A stretch of DNA of 64,000 bases, taken from IMG/VR virus record IMGVR_UViG_3300046810_000338, positions 164,500 to 228,499 of that record. One strand, given 5' to 3'. The position numbers were made by a program, and so were the translations under genes. Within the stretch, counting starts at the first letter, position 1; every line of letters begins with the position of its first letter. This document shows positions 1 through 8,239 of this stretch, piece by piece. Under the pieces are notes generated by a model, which was not told where the DNA came from, made no database searches, and was given only the letters and a program-made list of their open reading frames with translations.

Positions 1-489
1 AGAATCCACACGCCCGGTTGGATCAACGAACTTGCTCAGTGCGGCACGAGTGCCTTCGATGTCCTGTTCCTTGAAGTGCTTGAGATCGGTTACGCCAGCA
101 GCCGAGGCCAGGGTGTCAGGACTGGCGATGCGCAGGCTCAACCAGATGCTGAAAGGCTTGAGCACTTCGTTCTCAATGTTCTCAACCTTGAGCAAGGCGT
201 CGAACAGAGACTCGCTGTAATCGGCCAGGCCGCCCTTGAGACCACGAGGGGTGGTGATCTTGACCTGAGAGATGTCGCTGAAGCGGGCACCGGCCAGATC
301 TTTGATAACGCTGTTGTAGGCAACCAGAGGAATCTTGGCATCGGGACGGATGCGGTTGTTGGACCAGTCGCCAATGATGTTGGCCACACCACGCAGTTTG
401 GCATGCACAGAGGACACAACGTCGCCCACCATGCCGATCCCCAACGCGTCGGTGATGATCATCTGGTGTTTAAGTTCAAGATCGCGCAT
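1..489 (-). CDS. Virion structural protein, partial (runs off the window edge; phiKZ gp153-like by position)
   Basis: Manual translation from the ATG at 489 (MRDLELKHQMIITDALG...TTPRGLKGG...) is open to the window edge and is not in the ORF track. Divergent from uvsX. Confidence 0.6.
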   Translation of the reverse strand, partial: MRDLELKHQMIITDALGIGMVGDVVSSVHAKLRGVANIIGDWSNNRIRPDAKIPLVAYNSVIKDLAGARFSDISQVKITTPRGLKGGLADYSESLFDALLKVENIENEVLKPFSIWLSLRIASPDTLASAAGVTDLKHFKEQDIEGTRAALSKFVDPTGRVDS

Positions 490-624
490 TTCAAGTACCG
501 TCCACAATGTCGGATTAATAGGTTCCACTCGTAAGCGGCTATACTATTTGAATCACTTAAGCGCTACGAGACAGAGAAACGTATTAGAAAGCTATACCGC
601 ACTTACACGAATTGGGGATAAAAG

Positions 625-2133
625 ATGCGTCGTGCTAAATTTGAATCATCGTCCGCAGTATTGCCCGTATTGAATACCGGTGGTATCTGGGACTTGCCTA
701 CGGGTACTTACTTGACTGGCAAGCATGGGGAAATGATTCTCTGTGGCGGCCTGTCCTGGCTGACGGGCATCGCAGGGCCAGGCAACACCTACAAGTCGTT
801 GATGCTCTGGGACATGATCCTGTGTGTTCTGGAAGCCTACTTCGGTCTGGCAGAAGCAACCAGCTACGACACCGAGATGTCGCAGAAACGCAGTCGTCCT
901 CGCAGCTTGTCTAAGGCGTCTGTATTCGAGCGCCTGCGCGAACTGCATGACATTGTCTTCGATGAGAAGTCCAACGTCGAAGGTATCTTGCAGATGACGT
1001 CTGCTCGTGAATACCTGGGCGACAAATGGTACTCCATTTTGTCCGACGCAATGGACGACAAATGGGACGAGTTTCTCAAAGAAGAGAAACGCAATGCCAA
1101 AGATCCACAAGTATGCCTGACGACCCCTTTCGTCGACGACGACGGCGTCTTTGTCAAGGCTTCTGTGCCAGATCTCTACGGCATCGACTCACTCTCCAAC
1201 TTCTTGACGTCTTCCGTTGAGAAGCTGCAAGACGAACACGACATCGGTGAATCCGGTCGGAACATGGAAGTGATGCGCGGTGGCATGGCCAAGACGCAGA
1301 TGATGATGGAGCTGCCTGTTAAGACGGCCCGTGGCGGCGGCTACGTCATCATGACAGCGCATGTGGGCAAAGAGTTCCAGATGGACCCCCGCACCCCTCC
1401 ACAGAAGCAACTGGCGTTCCTCAAGCAAGGGCTCAAGTTCAAGAACGTGCCTGAGAAGTTCTCGTTCCTGGTGAACAACTGCTGGTTCTGCATGATGGCC
1501 AGCCCGCACTGGGTCAGTTCCAGCGACCGCGTGCCGATGTATCCGCGTAACAGTGATGACAAGGTCAGCGGTGATACCGATCTGATGACGGTGTTGATCT
1601 CTAACCTGCGTGGTAAATCTGGTGGCTCCGGCATGCCATTCGATGTTGTGGTTAGTCAATCCGGCGGCGTTAAGCACGGCCTGACCCAATTTGAATGGTT
1701 GAAGAAGTACAACCGTTTCGGCCTGACCGGCGATCTTCAGAAGTATGTGCTGGATCTTCTGCCAGACATTAAACTGTCGCGTACTGCCATCCGTGACAAA
1801 CTGGACAACAGCTACACTCTGCGTCGTGCAATGCATATCACCTGGGAAATGTCGTTCATCCGTACCTGCATGCAGGACTGGCCAGAGAAATGGCGTAACG
1901 TTGCTCCACAAGAGCTGTACGACGGTCTGAAGGCTAAAGGCTACGACTGGAACCAACTGCTGGAAACTCGCACCACCTGGAACTTCAACGAAGCTTCTCA
2001 TCCTCGTGAGTTCCTGTCCACTGCCGACCTTCTGAACATGTACCACGATGAGTACGTTCCTTACTGGATGAAGGAGCCACCAAAAGCCGCTGTCGCAGCC
2101 CACCAGAAGTGGAAGGCTACGCAGCCGGCATAA
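625..2133 (+). CDS. uvsX: UvsX/RecA-like recombinase (phiKZ gp152-like)
   Basis: 502 aa. Walker A-like GIAGPGNTYKS, YDTE motif, Walker B-like LYGIDSLS, VIMTAH. Confidence 0.85.
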   Translation: MRRAKFESSSAVLPVLNTGGIWDLPTGTYLTGKHGEMILCGGLSWLTGIAGPGNTYKSLMLWDMILCVLEAYFGLAEATSYDTEMSQKRSRPRSLSKASVFERLRELHDIVFDEKSNVEGILQMTSAREYLGDKWYSILSDAMDDKWDEFLKEEKRNAKDPQVCLTTPFVDDDGVFVKASVPDLYGIDSLSNFLTSSVEKLQDEHDIGESGRNMEVMRGGMAKTQMMMELPVKTARGGGYVIMTAHVGKEFQMDPRTPPQKQLAFLKQGLKFKNVPEKFSFLVNNCWFCMMASPHWVSSSDRVPMYPRNSDDKVSGDTDLMTVLISNLRGKSGGSGMPFDVVVSQSGGVKHGLTQFEWLKKYNRFGLTGDLQKYVLDLLPDIKLSRTAIRDKLDNSYTLRRAMHITWEMSFIRTCMQDWPEKWRNVAPQELYDGLKAKGYDWNQLLETRTTWNFNEASHPREFLSTADLLNMYHDEYVPYWMKEPPKAAVAAHQKWKATQPA

Positions 2134-2146
2134 ATGCTATCTGTGC

Positions 2147-2170
2147 GGGAGTGGTCCTGTAGCCACTCCC
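2147..2170 (+). terminator. Stem-loop after uvsX
   Basis: GGGAGTGGT/GCCACTCCC stem; no U-tract. Confidence 0.5.
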
Positions 2171-2184
2171 TTGAGGCCTGAACA

Positions 2185-2532
2185 ATGAAAGCTTATCGCG
2201 ATAATATCTATGAGGTCCTGAGCACTCTGGACTCGGCAGTTGCCAGACAATGGCGACTGTCTTATTACCCACCAGTGGCTCATGCATCTCGCGCTGAAGA
2301 GATCAAAGCTCTGATGGATTATTTCTTCCGAGCCTTCTCTCGGTTGCCGGGTGATAACACCCACGTACTCAACTGCCTCATTGCTAACGCCAACAACTGG
2401 GAATACTGGTTGCATGACTTCACCCATGTGGTGGCTGTCCAGTTCGTTAGCAATGCTCGCCACATTTTCGCTCCCACTCGCGACCTCGCTGATAACGTCA
2501 GTGAGCTTGGTCAATTGCTGGGAGCCTATTGA
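2185..2532 (+). CDS. Hypothetical protein
   Basis: 115-aa ORF with upstream GAGG; fills the gap between core genes. Confidence 0.65.
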   Translation: MKAYRDNIYEVLSTLDSAVARQWRLSYYPPVAHASRAEEIKALMDYFFRAFSRLPGDNTHVLNCLIANANNWEYWLHDFTHVVAVQFVSNARHIFAPTRDLADNVSELGQLLGAY

Positions 2533-2544
2533 CATAGGTGCCCC

Positions 2545-3219
2545 ATGGCTGGTAATCGTAAAGTTGCTGAAAAAATCCTATTTGCAGATTACGCCTTGTA
2601 TGACCCACAGGGCGAGAATCTGAAACGCTATGCTACCTATGTGGCAGGCATGAACGATGGCCAGTTCGATGCGTTTATCAATCGACTGGGGTCAGGTGAA
2701 GAATTCCTTTACCTGAAAGTGCCTAACTTCAAAGGCAGAAGTCTGACCTTTGAACGTATCCTGGAAATCGGTGATATCGTTGGGTACAAGTTCTTCCAGC
2801 GGATCTGGATTACTGACCGGGCAACCGGTGTCACCATGCTCAGTAACCATGAGTACATGATTGTTGTTCTGCCCAACCGTCGGCAGAGTCAATCGCTCAT
2901 GGGCAAGATGTCCGTGGCCAAAGATAACAGCCATGTCGATACCTTGACTGACCAGCCTACCAACGAATCCAAAACCAGTAGCCTCTCTTTTGTCGAGACC
3001 CAGGTTCTTTCCAACCAAGGGGTTGATCGGCCATTGGAAGAGTTGATGCGGGTACGGGGCGGTAACCTTAAGGCACTGGCCCGGTTTGAACAACAGTTCC
3101 TGGAAAAAGGTTCGGCCAGTCTGGACGCTCCAGGCATGGAAGTGGGCAAGGTCAAGTCCGTGCAGAACACTTCCATCTATCTCAAAGCCATGCATTTGGA
3201 TAACACTTTCAATCAGTAG
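2545..3219 (+). CDS. Virion RNA polymerase beta subunit, C-terminal part (phiKZ gp149-like)
   Basis: 224 aa. RRQSQSLMGKMSV...DTLTDQPT...SLSFVETQVL...EELMRVRGG resembles the RpoB C-terminal region (LxH...TQQP...GEME). Confidence 0.75.
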   Translation: MAGNRKVAEKILFADYALYDPQGENLKRYATYVAGMNDGQFDAFINRLGSGEEFLYLKVPNFKGRSLTFERILEIGDIVGYKFFQRIWITDRATGVTMLSNHEYMIVVLPNRRQSQSLMGKMSVAKDNSHVDTLTDQPTNESKTSSLSFVETQVLSNQGVDRPLEELMRVRGGNLKALARFEQQFLEKGSASLDAPGMEVGKVKSVQNTSIYLKAMHLDNTFNQ

Positions 3220-3228
3220 GAGATTGTA

Positions 3229-3834
3229 ATGGAATTGGATCGCGCTCAGGCAGCTGCGCATTACGTGGGTCAGGCACAAGAGGCTTTGGCTATTGTTCTG
3301 GCTCGCTGCGAATGGACCTATGGTCAAGACGCCGCCAAGAAAGCTGCACTGATGTTCACGCAGTTGTTCTTCGGTCACAACCTGCCGCTCTACTGCGAAC
3401 CCAATGAAGTGCTGACCTTGTTTAACACGATCAGTACCACCGCCATTTCCCCAAAGGTTTGGGGTGGTGAATTCATTATGGGCCTGAGTCAGCAGTTCAA
3501 CATGTTTGTTGAACCTGCCGTGCAGTACCCACACGTCAAGTCGCCCGCTGACCAGCAACCAAAACTGACAGAGTTGGGCTGGCACCTGGTTGCAGCCATG
3601 ACAGGCATGCATGGCGATACGCCTAAGGACGTTGATCAAGACCTGGTACACCCTTACGGTCACTACATGCTCGACGTGCCCAAGGCGTACCAGGTGACAA
3701 CGATCCTGTTCAACTTCCCTTGGATGACACCGCTCTATCTGTTGTCTCTGGCAGACCCTGCGCACATCTCGGTCATCGTCGGCCCGTATGGCTCACGAGA
3801 CATCCCTGCCGGTTCCGAGCAAGACGGTGCGTGA
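3229..3834 (+). CDS. Hypothetical protein
   Basis: 201 aa; AGGAG RBS. Confidence 0.7.
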   Translation: MELDRAQAAAHYVGQAQEALAIVLARCEWTYGQDAAKKAALMFTQLFFGHNLPLYCEPNEVLTLFNTISTTAISPKVWGGEFIMGLSQQFNMFVEPAVQYPHVKSPADQQPKLTELGWHLVAAMTGMHGDTPKDVDQDLVHPYGHYMLDVPKAYQVTTILFNFPWMTPLYLLSLADPAHISVIVGPYGSRDIPAGSEQDGA

Positions 3835-4577
3835 ACCGTCGTAAGTTCTGCGTGTTCCTAGACGCTATTCTGGATACGCGTCTGGGAGCCATGAACACCT
3901 TCAGTCCGGATATCTCTGGTAAGCTGGTAGAGACGCCCGACTACTTCAACCGTATCGATGACAACTATGATCGGTTTGGTCCAGGCGTGACCATGATGTG
4001 GCGCAACATCTACGCAGGTCGTAATGTTGAGGTCTTGAAAAGCAGTTTCCCAACCATGATCCCTGCACTGGTAGGTTTGGAAGTTCGCTCGATCTACGCC
4101 AAAGCCATTGACCACCCAGTGCACAAAGGGGTGGACGTTGACATCAACATCTGGCCTTACAAGCTGGATGATATCGAGCAGGATGAAATCTGTCTGGCGT
4201 TGCAGTCTATGATCATTCCCGTCGACGAGTACGACGAGTATGCATTTGACACCCGGTTCAGAACGATCAGTGTTGCTCCCAAGGATTTTACCCTGGAACT
4301 GATTCGTGAGAACTACGCCATGGTGATCATGTACGACTTTCAGGAGTGGTACGACATCCAGGCAGCGGAGATCATCAAAGGCGAGTCTACTGCGCGTCTG
4401 ACTACGATGTGTGTGCCGATGTTGTTCAAGCACACGCCCAAACGTAAGGATTTGATTGCGCAGGATGGGCAGATACAAAACCCATTCGACGATACCAAAC
4501 GAATCCTCTCCCTGTACATCCAATTGGATTTCTGGGATGCACGGGTGTTTTCTCTACCGAGCCCATTCGAAGCATAA
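3831..4577 (+). CDS. Conserved jumbo-phage protein with HAD-like N-terminal motif (VFLDAILDTRLG)
   Basis: GTG start at 3831 overlaps the upstream stop (GTGA); the ORF-track start at 3720 is probably too long. Confidence 0.65.
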   Translation: MNRRKFCVFLDAILDTRLGAMNTFSPDISGKLVETPDYFNRIDDNYDRFGPGVTMMWRNIYAGRNVEVLKSSFPTMIPALVGLEVRSIYAKAIDHPVHKGVDVDINIWPYKLDDIEQDEICLALQSMIIPVDEYDEYAFDTRFRTISVAPKDFTLELIRENYAMVIMYDFQEWYDIQAAEIIKGESTARLTTMCVPMLFKHTPKRKDLIAQDGQIQNPFDDTKRILSLYIQLDFWDARVFSLPSPFEA

Positions 4578-4617
4578 GCCCTCTCCCTCTTCCCGCAAAG
4601 GAAGAGGGAGAGTATGC
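4572..4617. terminator. Stem-loop between convergent genes, flanked by GCATA/TATGC
   Basis: 13-bp stem CTCTCCCTCTTCC/GGAAGAGGGAGAG. Confidence 0.7.
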
Positions 4618-4618
4618 C

Positions 4619-5149
4619 CTAGCTTGGATCATGTTCAAGCAGGTTGTTATTGACCCGTGCGTGCTTCTGAGCCAGGTCTTTGTAGGTTATCGTTTGAACA
4701 CCCACATCCATCTCACCAGGCACCGTTGATATCTCAGGCAGACTGGAGTCGTCGATGTGCGGCAACTCGCGTATCCCCGTACGAGCAGTAGGGTCACGCA
4801 ACAGGGGCTTGTTACCTTGCCGCCGGCTGAGTTCAACCAAAGCCTGTGCCACCAACTGTTCGCGCGCAGCAGCAGTGTTGTCGGTCTTCTGTTTCATCAG
4901 ACCAAATGAAACTTGGTCCATGTTGGACAACGTGACCAACAGCAGCTTGGCATCATCCAGATCTTTAGGGACCTTGGTGCCGTCATTGGTTAGGTTGTTG
5001 ACTATCTTGAGCCTGACCGACTGTGTAAGGGCCAAAACCCCTTCAGGTGTATCAGGCAACTTATCTGGATTCTCGTACGCCGGGATCTTGCTAGGCACGT
5101 AGGTATCCAGTTCTTCTTCTCCCATCAATTCTGTCATGATATTCTCCAC
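4619..5149 (-). CDS. Hypothetical protein
   Basis: 176-aa ORF; the start may be slightly downstream (MTELMGEE). Confidence 0.7.
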   Translation of the reverse strand: MENIMTELMGEEELDTYVPSKIPAYENPDKLPDTPEGVLALTQSVRLKIVNNLTNDGTKVPKDLDDAKLLLVTLSNMDQVSFGLMKQKTDNTAAAREQLVAQALVELSRRQGNKPLLRDPTARTGIRELPHIDDSSLPEISTVPGEMDVGVQTITYKDLAQKHARVNNNLLEHDPS

Positions 5150-5165
5150 GAATATAAGGAAATCT

Positions 5166-5186
5166 CAGACCTAAATTATCTACGTG
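5166..5186 (+). promoter_or_regulatory. Putative phage promoter motif ACCT-N11-GTG
   Basis: CAGACCTAAATTATCTACGTG; the same spacing recurs at 26851, 29318, 49281 and 49324. Confidence 0.5.
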
Positions 5187-5254
5187 AGATAGACAAGTCT
5201 GTTATATTTCAAAGCTACTAAATATGTGTATAGGCTACTTACGACTAGGCGCAT

Positions 5255-5770
5255 GTGATGTTCAAGAAAATCTGGAGATGGATAATGGAGGAGGATGAGG
5301 ACGTAATTACCCCTCAGCCCGATCCGCTAGCAGATCGCATGACGTCGATGTTGGATGTACTTGGCCGATTTGCAAGCCTGCTAGCGCAACACCGGTGGAA
5401 AGGACGCAGGGTAACCTGGCGCACCTCCACAATAACCAGTGTCCATTCGGACATTTATAATCTAATCGATACCGTACGGAGCACCACCCATGCAGTCATG
5501 GTCAAAGGAAAACCAGAAACGACCACCCGACTCAGCCGCAGATTTGTGGACAACCTAACCACGACTACTCTCGATGGCTACCTCGTTGACGAACAAGGTA
5601 TGTCTACCGAACCGAGTGTCATTATGCAGGAGCTGATTACCGCTGTCAGGGAACTGGTCGCCAACATCAACCTGTGTAAGGAAAGCGATGCCATGAACTA
5701 TGAATGGTATCTTGCACAATGCTCAAATCTGTTTGTCGAGCTAGAGATTGTATTTAAGGCCTACCTCTAG
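5255..5770 (+). CDS. Hypothetical protein
   Basis: 171-aa ORF. Confidence 0.7.
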   Translation: MMFKKIWRWIMEEDEDVITPQPDPLADRMTSMLDVLGRFASLLAQHRWKGRRVTWRTSTITSVHSDIYNLIDTVRSTTHAVMVKGKPETTTRLSRRFVDNLTTTTLDGYLVDEQGMSTEPSVIMQELITAVRELVANINLCKESDAMNYEWYLAQCSNLFVELEIVFKAYL

Positions 5771-5796
5771 TCTCCTCAAGCTGAGGGTCTTTCTGG

Positions 5797-6489
5797 ATGA
5801 GTACACAAAGAGGGAGTGACATCTCAATTTTGTTGGCCTCTCACGACAAACGTATCCGAGAAGCGTCTGGCTTATTGAGCAGGCTGTATCGGTTAACCTT
5901 GCTTGAGCTGTCGATAACCCCGTATAAGTGGAACCTGTTGCTGACCAACTACTTGGACAATCTGGCTCACACCCAGAGTCTGTCTCAGGACAAGATTACG
6001 AACGAGCGCAACAACCTGCGTAAGGGACTGTCTGAGCCTGACATGACATTCGAGATGTTGGCCCGAGGATTAAAGGTCCTCAATCCAAAGGAGATTCATT
6101 TTGACGTGGAGTTAATGTTCCCCCAGAACGTGACACTCACAACGACGATCAACATGATCTCCCCACAGAACGGCGAACAGGGAAAGCTGACTGAGATGTA
6201 TAGCAACATCCTTGCCATGCTTGGCAAGGACGTGAACAACCTGGAACCGGAGATAGATGCCTACCTCTCCAATCCGTTGATTCGCGAAGATATAAAAGGA
6301 CGCAAGAAAGGAAACGACAAGGGCAACCTACGTCGTGAACTACCAGGCATGGCCATGACTTTTGACGTGTTCAAGAAAGGACTACGGATTCTTGCACCCG
6401 ATGAAGTAACCATGACCATCCGACTGCGGTGGAATCGCAGTCGTGTCACCAAACACAAGCTTATCATTGTTACCCCCAAGCAAGCATAA
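5797..6489 (+). CDS. Hypothetical protein with two tandem homologous domains
   Basis: NNLRKGLSEPDMTFEMLARGLKVLNP versus GNLRRELPGMAMTFDVFKKGLRILAP. Confidence 0.75.
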   Translation: MSTQRGSDISILLASHDKRIREASGLLSRLYRLTLLELSITPYKWNLLLTNYLDNLAHTQSLSQDKITNERNNLRKGLSEPDMTFEMLARGLKVLNPKEIHFDVELMFPQNVTLTTTINMISPQNGEQGKLTEMYSNILAMLGKDVNNLEPEIDAYLSNPLIREDIKGRKKGNDKGNLRRELPGMAMTFDVFKKGLRILAPDEVTMTIRLRWNRSRVTKHKLIIVTPKQA

Positions 6490-6493
6490 GTCA

Positions 6494-6527
6494 GCCCTCT
6501 CTCCAGCCTTCGGGTTGGAGAGAGGGT
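6494..6527 (+). terminator. Stem-loop with UUCG tetraloop
   Basis: GCCCTCTCTCCAGCC-TTCG-GGTTGGAGAGAGGGT; T-rich tract downstream. Confidence 0.7.
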
Positions 6528-6589
6528 CTGTTGCCCTCGGTTTATTTTTTGGCCAATCCTATAGTCCTTTTATCAGTGGAATCCTAATC

Positions 6590-7600
6590 ATGAGAACAAA
6601 CATTGCCCCGACTACGATCTACACGGGTATCGATGAAAAGCTTAAGGTTAAAGACGCCGCTGATATCACGGGCGCAACCGGTAACACCTCGGTAATCGAT
6701 GCACTGTCTGGCATGAAAGATGAGGTCGTAGATACCTTACGTAAAACACCTCAGCTGGCTTCCAGGTTGACCCAGTTGGTTCTGGATGTAAAGAATGGTC
6801 GGGCAACAGGCACCGATACCGCTTCTCGTATTGCCAGTGTCTTTAGCAACCGAGGCGGGGTGTTGGACGATCTGTCTAACAGAGCCAAAGGCGTCATGCA
6901 AGATTCGCTGGGTATGTCCCCAGCACTGGCTAACCAGGTATTCATTGCAGCCAAGGGCACTGTCCTGGCCGGTACTGCGTACTTGGGTTCTAGCCGAGAC
7001 ATCAGCAGTGCCTCAGGCGTTGCCTCGACACTGCAACGCCTGCTCAATGACAAAGACGCTATCCAGTACGTGGATCTGTCTGCTCAAGCTTCTCTGCTGT
7101 CCGGTGTGATGAACGAGGCTATCAAGTCGGGCATCCCTCAAGGCATCGACATGCTGATGAAGCAGGCGGCCACAGACGCCCAGCGTAGTGCCATTGCCAG
7201 TCAGAACTTGTACGCTGTGGTGTTCAGCGGTAACTTGGATACCGTGGAAGCTATGGTCAAGTACGTAACCCCTGAGGCTATCAAAGCTCGCTATCCAACC
7301 TTTGCTCGTGACTTCCTGGCCCAGTACACCTTGCTGGCCACCGATAACCCACTCACCTACGCTCCAGCTAAAGCCAGAATCTTGGCGCTGTTTCGACTGA
7401 TTGATCCCGTTTGGGACATTACGATGCGTAACGGTGCGCCGGTCCCCTCCCTAGCTCCGTTCGTGTCGGCCTCATCGGATGCTGTGAAAGTATTTGCAAC
7501 CTCCGATGAATACCGTAATGCAATGACCATTGCTCCTGGCTTCAAGTCAGTTGAGGCCAAGGCTTGGATTAAACAGCATTACTCGTTCTTCCCTGCTTAA
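6590..7600 (+). CDS. Putative virion structural protein
   Basis: ATG at 6590 (MRTNIAPTT...). The extended ORF-track start runs through the upstream hairpin. Function inferred from context only. Confidence 0.55.
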   Translation: MRTNIAPTTIYTGIDEKLKVKDAADITGATGNTSVIDALSGMKDEVVDTLRKTPQLASRLTQLVLDVKNGRATGTDTASRIASVFSNRGGVLDDLSNRAKGVMQDSLGMSPALANQVFIAAKGTVLAGTAYLGSSRDISSASGVASTLQRLLNDKDAIQYVDLSAQASLLSGVMNEAIKSGIPQGIDMLMKQAATDAQRSAIASQNLYAVVFSGNLDTVEAMVKYVTPEAIKARYPTFARDFLAQYTLLATDNPLTYAPAKARILALFRLIDPVWDITMRNGAPVPSLAPFVSASSDAVKVFATSDEYRNAMTIAPGFKSVEAKAWIKQHYSFFPA

Positions 7601-7614
7601 CAAAGGCAAAAGTC

Positions 7615-8193
7615 ATGGCTGACAAAGTGCTGATCGTCCCCATACGGCAGTTTAACTTGTATAGCGTTGCATACAACAAGGAGTTCACAGAAGCACTCGG
7701 TAAACCCTACTGGCTGACCAATGAAAACTACGTTTATTACTTGGGCGATAAGTTCAGTAATGAATGGGTGCTGGTACCCCGTGGGTTTGGTACGGATGGC
7801 GCAACTGTCCCTCCAGCCTTTCAGGGCATTCTACCGGTGTTTGGTAAACATGGAGCAGCCGTTATCTTGCATGACTGGTTGTGTGAGAACGGCTATGTGT
7901 GGCACATGGACAAGGCAACTGGGATTGTCCATAAACGGGTGCTGACCCGTAAGGAAATCGATTCTGTTTTCATCGAAGCCCTGACCGTGGTTGAAATGCC
8001 AGCCGATACTATCAAGCTGGTTAACTTGGGCTTTATCGCCTATCGCAGTTGGGCTAACCCATCTGTCCCTAACCCCAACATTGAAAAGAACAAATTGGAA
8101 ATGAACTGGGCTGCCAACAATGGGGTAGTCCCCTTTTCTGGTGAGCAGCTGTACGACGTTGTAGGTCACCCGCCTGCTTGGGTATTCGTGTAA
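7615..8193 (+). CDS. DUF1353-family protein
   Basis: VPRGFGTDGATVP...AAVILHDWLC...RKEIDSVF matches the DUF1353 pattern. Confidence 0.8.
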   Translation: MADKVLIVPIRQFNLYSVAYNKEFTEALGKPYWLTNENYVYYLGDKFSNEWVLVPRGFGTDGATVPPAFQGILPVFGKHGAAVILHDWLCENGYVWHMDKATGIVHKRVLTRKEIDSVFIEALTVVEMPADTIKLVNLGFIAYRSWANPSVPNPNIEKNKLEMNWAANNGVVPFSGEQLYDVVGHPPAWVFV

Positions 8194-8195
8194 GC

Positions 8196-8237
8196 GACAT
8201 AGCCTCCTGCTCCTGTGAGGGAGCAGGAGGCGTATGC
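8196..8237. terminator. Stem-loop between convergent genes, flanked by CATA/TATG
   Basis: GCCTCCTGCTCCT-GTGA-GGGAGCAGGAGGC. Confidence 0.7.
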
Positions 8238-8239
8238 TG

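Noticed and set aside
6443-6589. N-terminal extensions given by the ORF track (also 3720, 26829, 30416, 39818, 52565, 53409, 56775, 59456 and 38931 on the minus strand)
   Set aside because: They run through terminators or upstream genes; internal starts with an RBS or coupled overlap fit better.
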